From Amphiscolops sp. MND2022 (taxonomy: Eukaryota), in the NCBI GenBank assembly GCA_964187785.1, contig OZ076421.1, forward strand, positions 50,778,001 to 50,842,000: 64,000 nt of DNA. The letters run 5' to 3'. Of the stretch, positions 62,101 to 64,000 are shown in pieces. Numbering within the stretch: position 1 is the stretch's first letter; each line of letters opens with the position of its first letter. The position numbers and the translations under genes were made by a program. The notes below the pieces were generated by a model. The model was given only the letters and a program-made list of their open reading frames with translations, made no database searches and was not told the origin of the DNA.

Positions 62101-64000
62101 TGGTAACTTTGTTGGTGTTTAAGAGGGGATTGTCTTCACATAATTTATTAATGAATAAAATTTATATGATATAAAGATATAAAATTAAGTTGGTTATTAT
62201 GGTCCATAGAAAATCTTCACGAACAAATGCACCATGTGTTGTTTGGGATTCTGTGTTTTTTATAGTATCCCCCCCCAGCACGGAGAGTTTCCTCTAAGGA
62301 GAGAAGTGCAATTACCCTTGCAATGTCTGGCCCACATACTTAACGTACTTTCCACTTTCTGAGTCGAAAAACTTTGATCAATTCGCGTTCAGGTCGAAGC
62401 ACGTTCATCGCTGCCCAAGTTATGGAGACATTTTTTAAGAATGTAATGTGTATGTGCCCGTTTCAATGTGAATTGCAGTTTTGATCTGAAATACTGTTTT
62501 CGAAAGTATTTAATACTATGCAATAATTTACATGATCCTTTACAACAAAACTTTTTCCGCTTAAAAAATCCTTTTTAAAAATAAAAAGCACAACATTGGG
62601 TACTCACTGTTTTTTATTTATGTGCGTAGCCTATTTTTTGAATAGTAGGTGCTGAGCATTTCATGTTCATATATTTTGAACTTTGCCTTTTGAGGGTGCT
62701 TGATTTTGGAGTTTTGGTGCTTCGATAATCAATGTTTTTTGTAATTCTGTGCCCCCATATTGTTCCTATTTGTTGGAGTTTCAAGTCCAGGAATGGACGG
62801 GTCTCTATCTGTTCTTGACACAGCTGCGTATGACGCCTTGAAGGATTATGTATCGCTACGGTATGAAAAACTACCTCAGGAACAGGAAAAGAAAGCAAAT
62901 TTTTATCGATAATTCCCAACTGATCGCGAGATGGATCAAGACGACGAGTCTGCCTCCCCTGTTAAGAAAAAATCAAGGACTGATGGTACGAGAATATTGC
63001 CTCGAGAGCTGCCGGATTTTGCAACATACAATCATTATTAAAATCACCAGTCAATTAAACCGGAGATACGAATTTTATCCCCATACGTATTCGCTGCTTT
63101 GGTCGAAGTCATTTATGACGAAGGCTCCAGCGATATAAATTGCCTCTTCGCATCACCTCTTTCACGTTAGAAAAAGTTTACATTTACATTACATTCGCTC
63201 ACTTACATTTCTAATCAATTTTAATTTTGTCGCTACCACTTTGTGTTTTGTAATTCGACATTTTCATTGATTTTTTTTGAAAATTTTCGATTTAATACAG
63301 AGCGCCCCAAAGTAACCAAAACAACTAATTGTTGTAGCGTGTAAATTTTGCAGTGGAAGCTACAGAAAGAAATGGACTCCAAGCCTCACCTTCAAACTGT
63401 TTCGAGCCCACTCGTTGCCAAGAAGTGTTGGTTGATCGTCAAAGCCAGCGTGTGTAAATTGGGGTAAAGGAACCCACCGCAAGTGGGGAATTGGGCCACC
63501 AAAGAAGTCCCGAAGAATTTCCTTGACCAGGAGGAAGACACACGGCGGAGGACATGCAGCCGCCACCTGATTAGGTAACATGTGTATTTGATTTTGTTCA
63601 GTGTGGTTTTTGGATGTGTGGCATTTTTCTAACTAAAGATAACATTGAAACAATCAAGCGCCTGATTGATCATATAGTTTTGTGCGATGGTGAAAGGCTT
63701 GGGAAGGAATCATTATTTCGAAATAATTTTTCCAATTAACTTCTGTAATAATTTCTATTCAATTTCATCAATCAACAATGTTTTATTCCAGATCTTTCTA
63801 CCAGTTCTTCTATCGCTCTTCCTTGGTTCGTCACTCCTTCTCCAGCTCCAACAGTCATCAGCTCAACATCTTTCCATCATGATATCCTCAATCATCCTTC
63901 ATCCTCCATTACCATCATCAGTCTCTCTGCAGCTGCTGAAACAAAAAAGCCAAATGTTAGTTCCACTTCGGAAAATGCTCAAGTTTTGCTCTGCACTTTT

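Larger units (their letters stand above)
57220..62396. repeat. Tandem array of mosaic units (periods 913, 886 and 1645 bp)
   Basis: Identical 107-aa chimeric ORF at 57622, 58535, 59421 and 61066; other modules repeat at 1645-bp spacing. Confidence 0.95.

Noticed and set aside
62600-64000. Short ORFs and possible exons at the window end
   Set aside because: No domain evidence and stop codons in candidate frames; cannot be called.

Overview
Eukaryotic, probably invertebrate, AT-rich repeat-dense window with one 185-N gap (51589-51773). The first ~47 kb is nested, mostly decayed mobile DNA. It holds a BEL/Pao retrotransposon (1-4445), two large Ty3/gypsy-like relics on the minus strand that share an LTR, PBS and stem-loop leader family (4450-13882 and ~27265-40928), and a third related LTR. 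It also holds an inverted paralogous segment (15235-17891), at least seven DINE-1/HINE-like non-autonomous elements of two families, two long near-perfect palindromes, an intact orphan polyQ ORF and two paralogous repeat-rich ORFs. A CR1/L2-like LINE with a PHD-finger ORF1 follows (47821-51548). The most unusual part is 51774-62396. An intact 1059-aa ORF fuses a SET domain, a 28x pentapeptide repeat, an acidic tract, C2H2-like fingers and a tyrosine-recombinase catalytic domain. It is flanked by tandem patchwork units made of short pieces of this gene, its upstream repeat, a CCCH zinc-finger fragment, other coding-like fragments and five copies of a ~50-nt 28S rRNA P-loop fragment, often joined at microhomologies. 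All homology calls are by eye from motifs; no searches were run.
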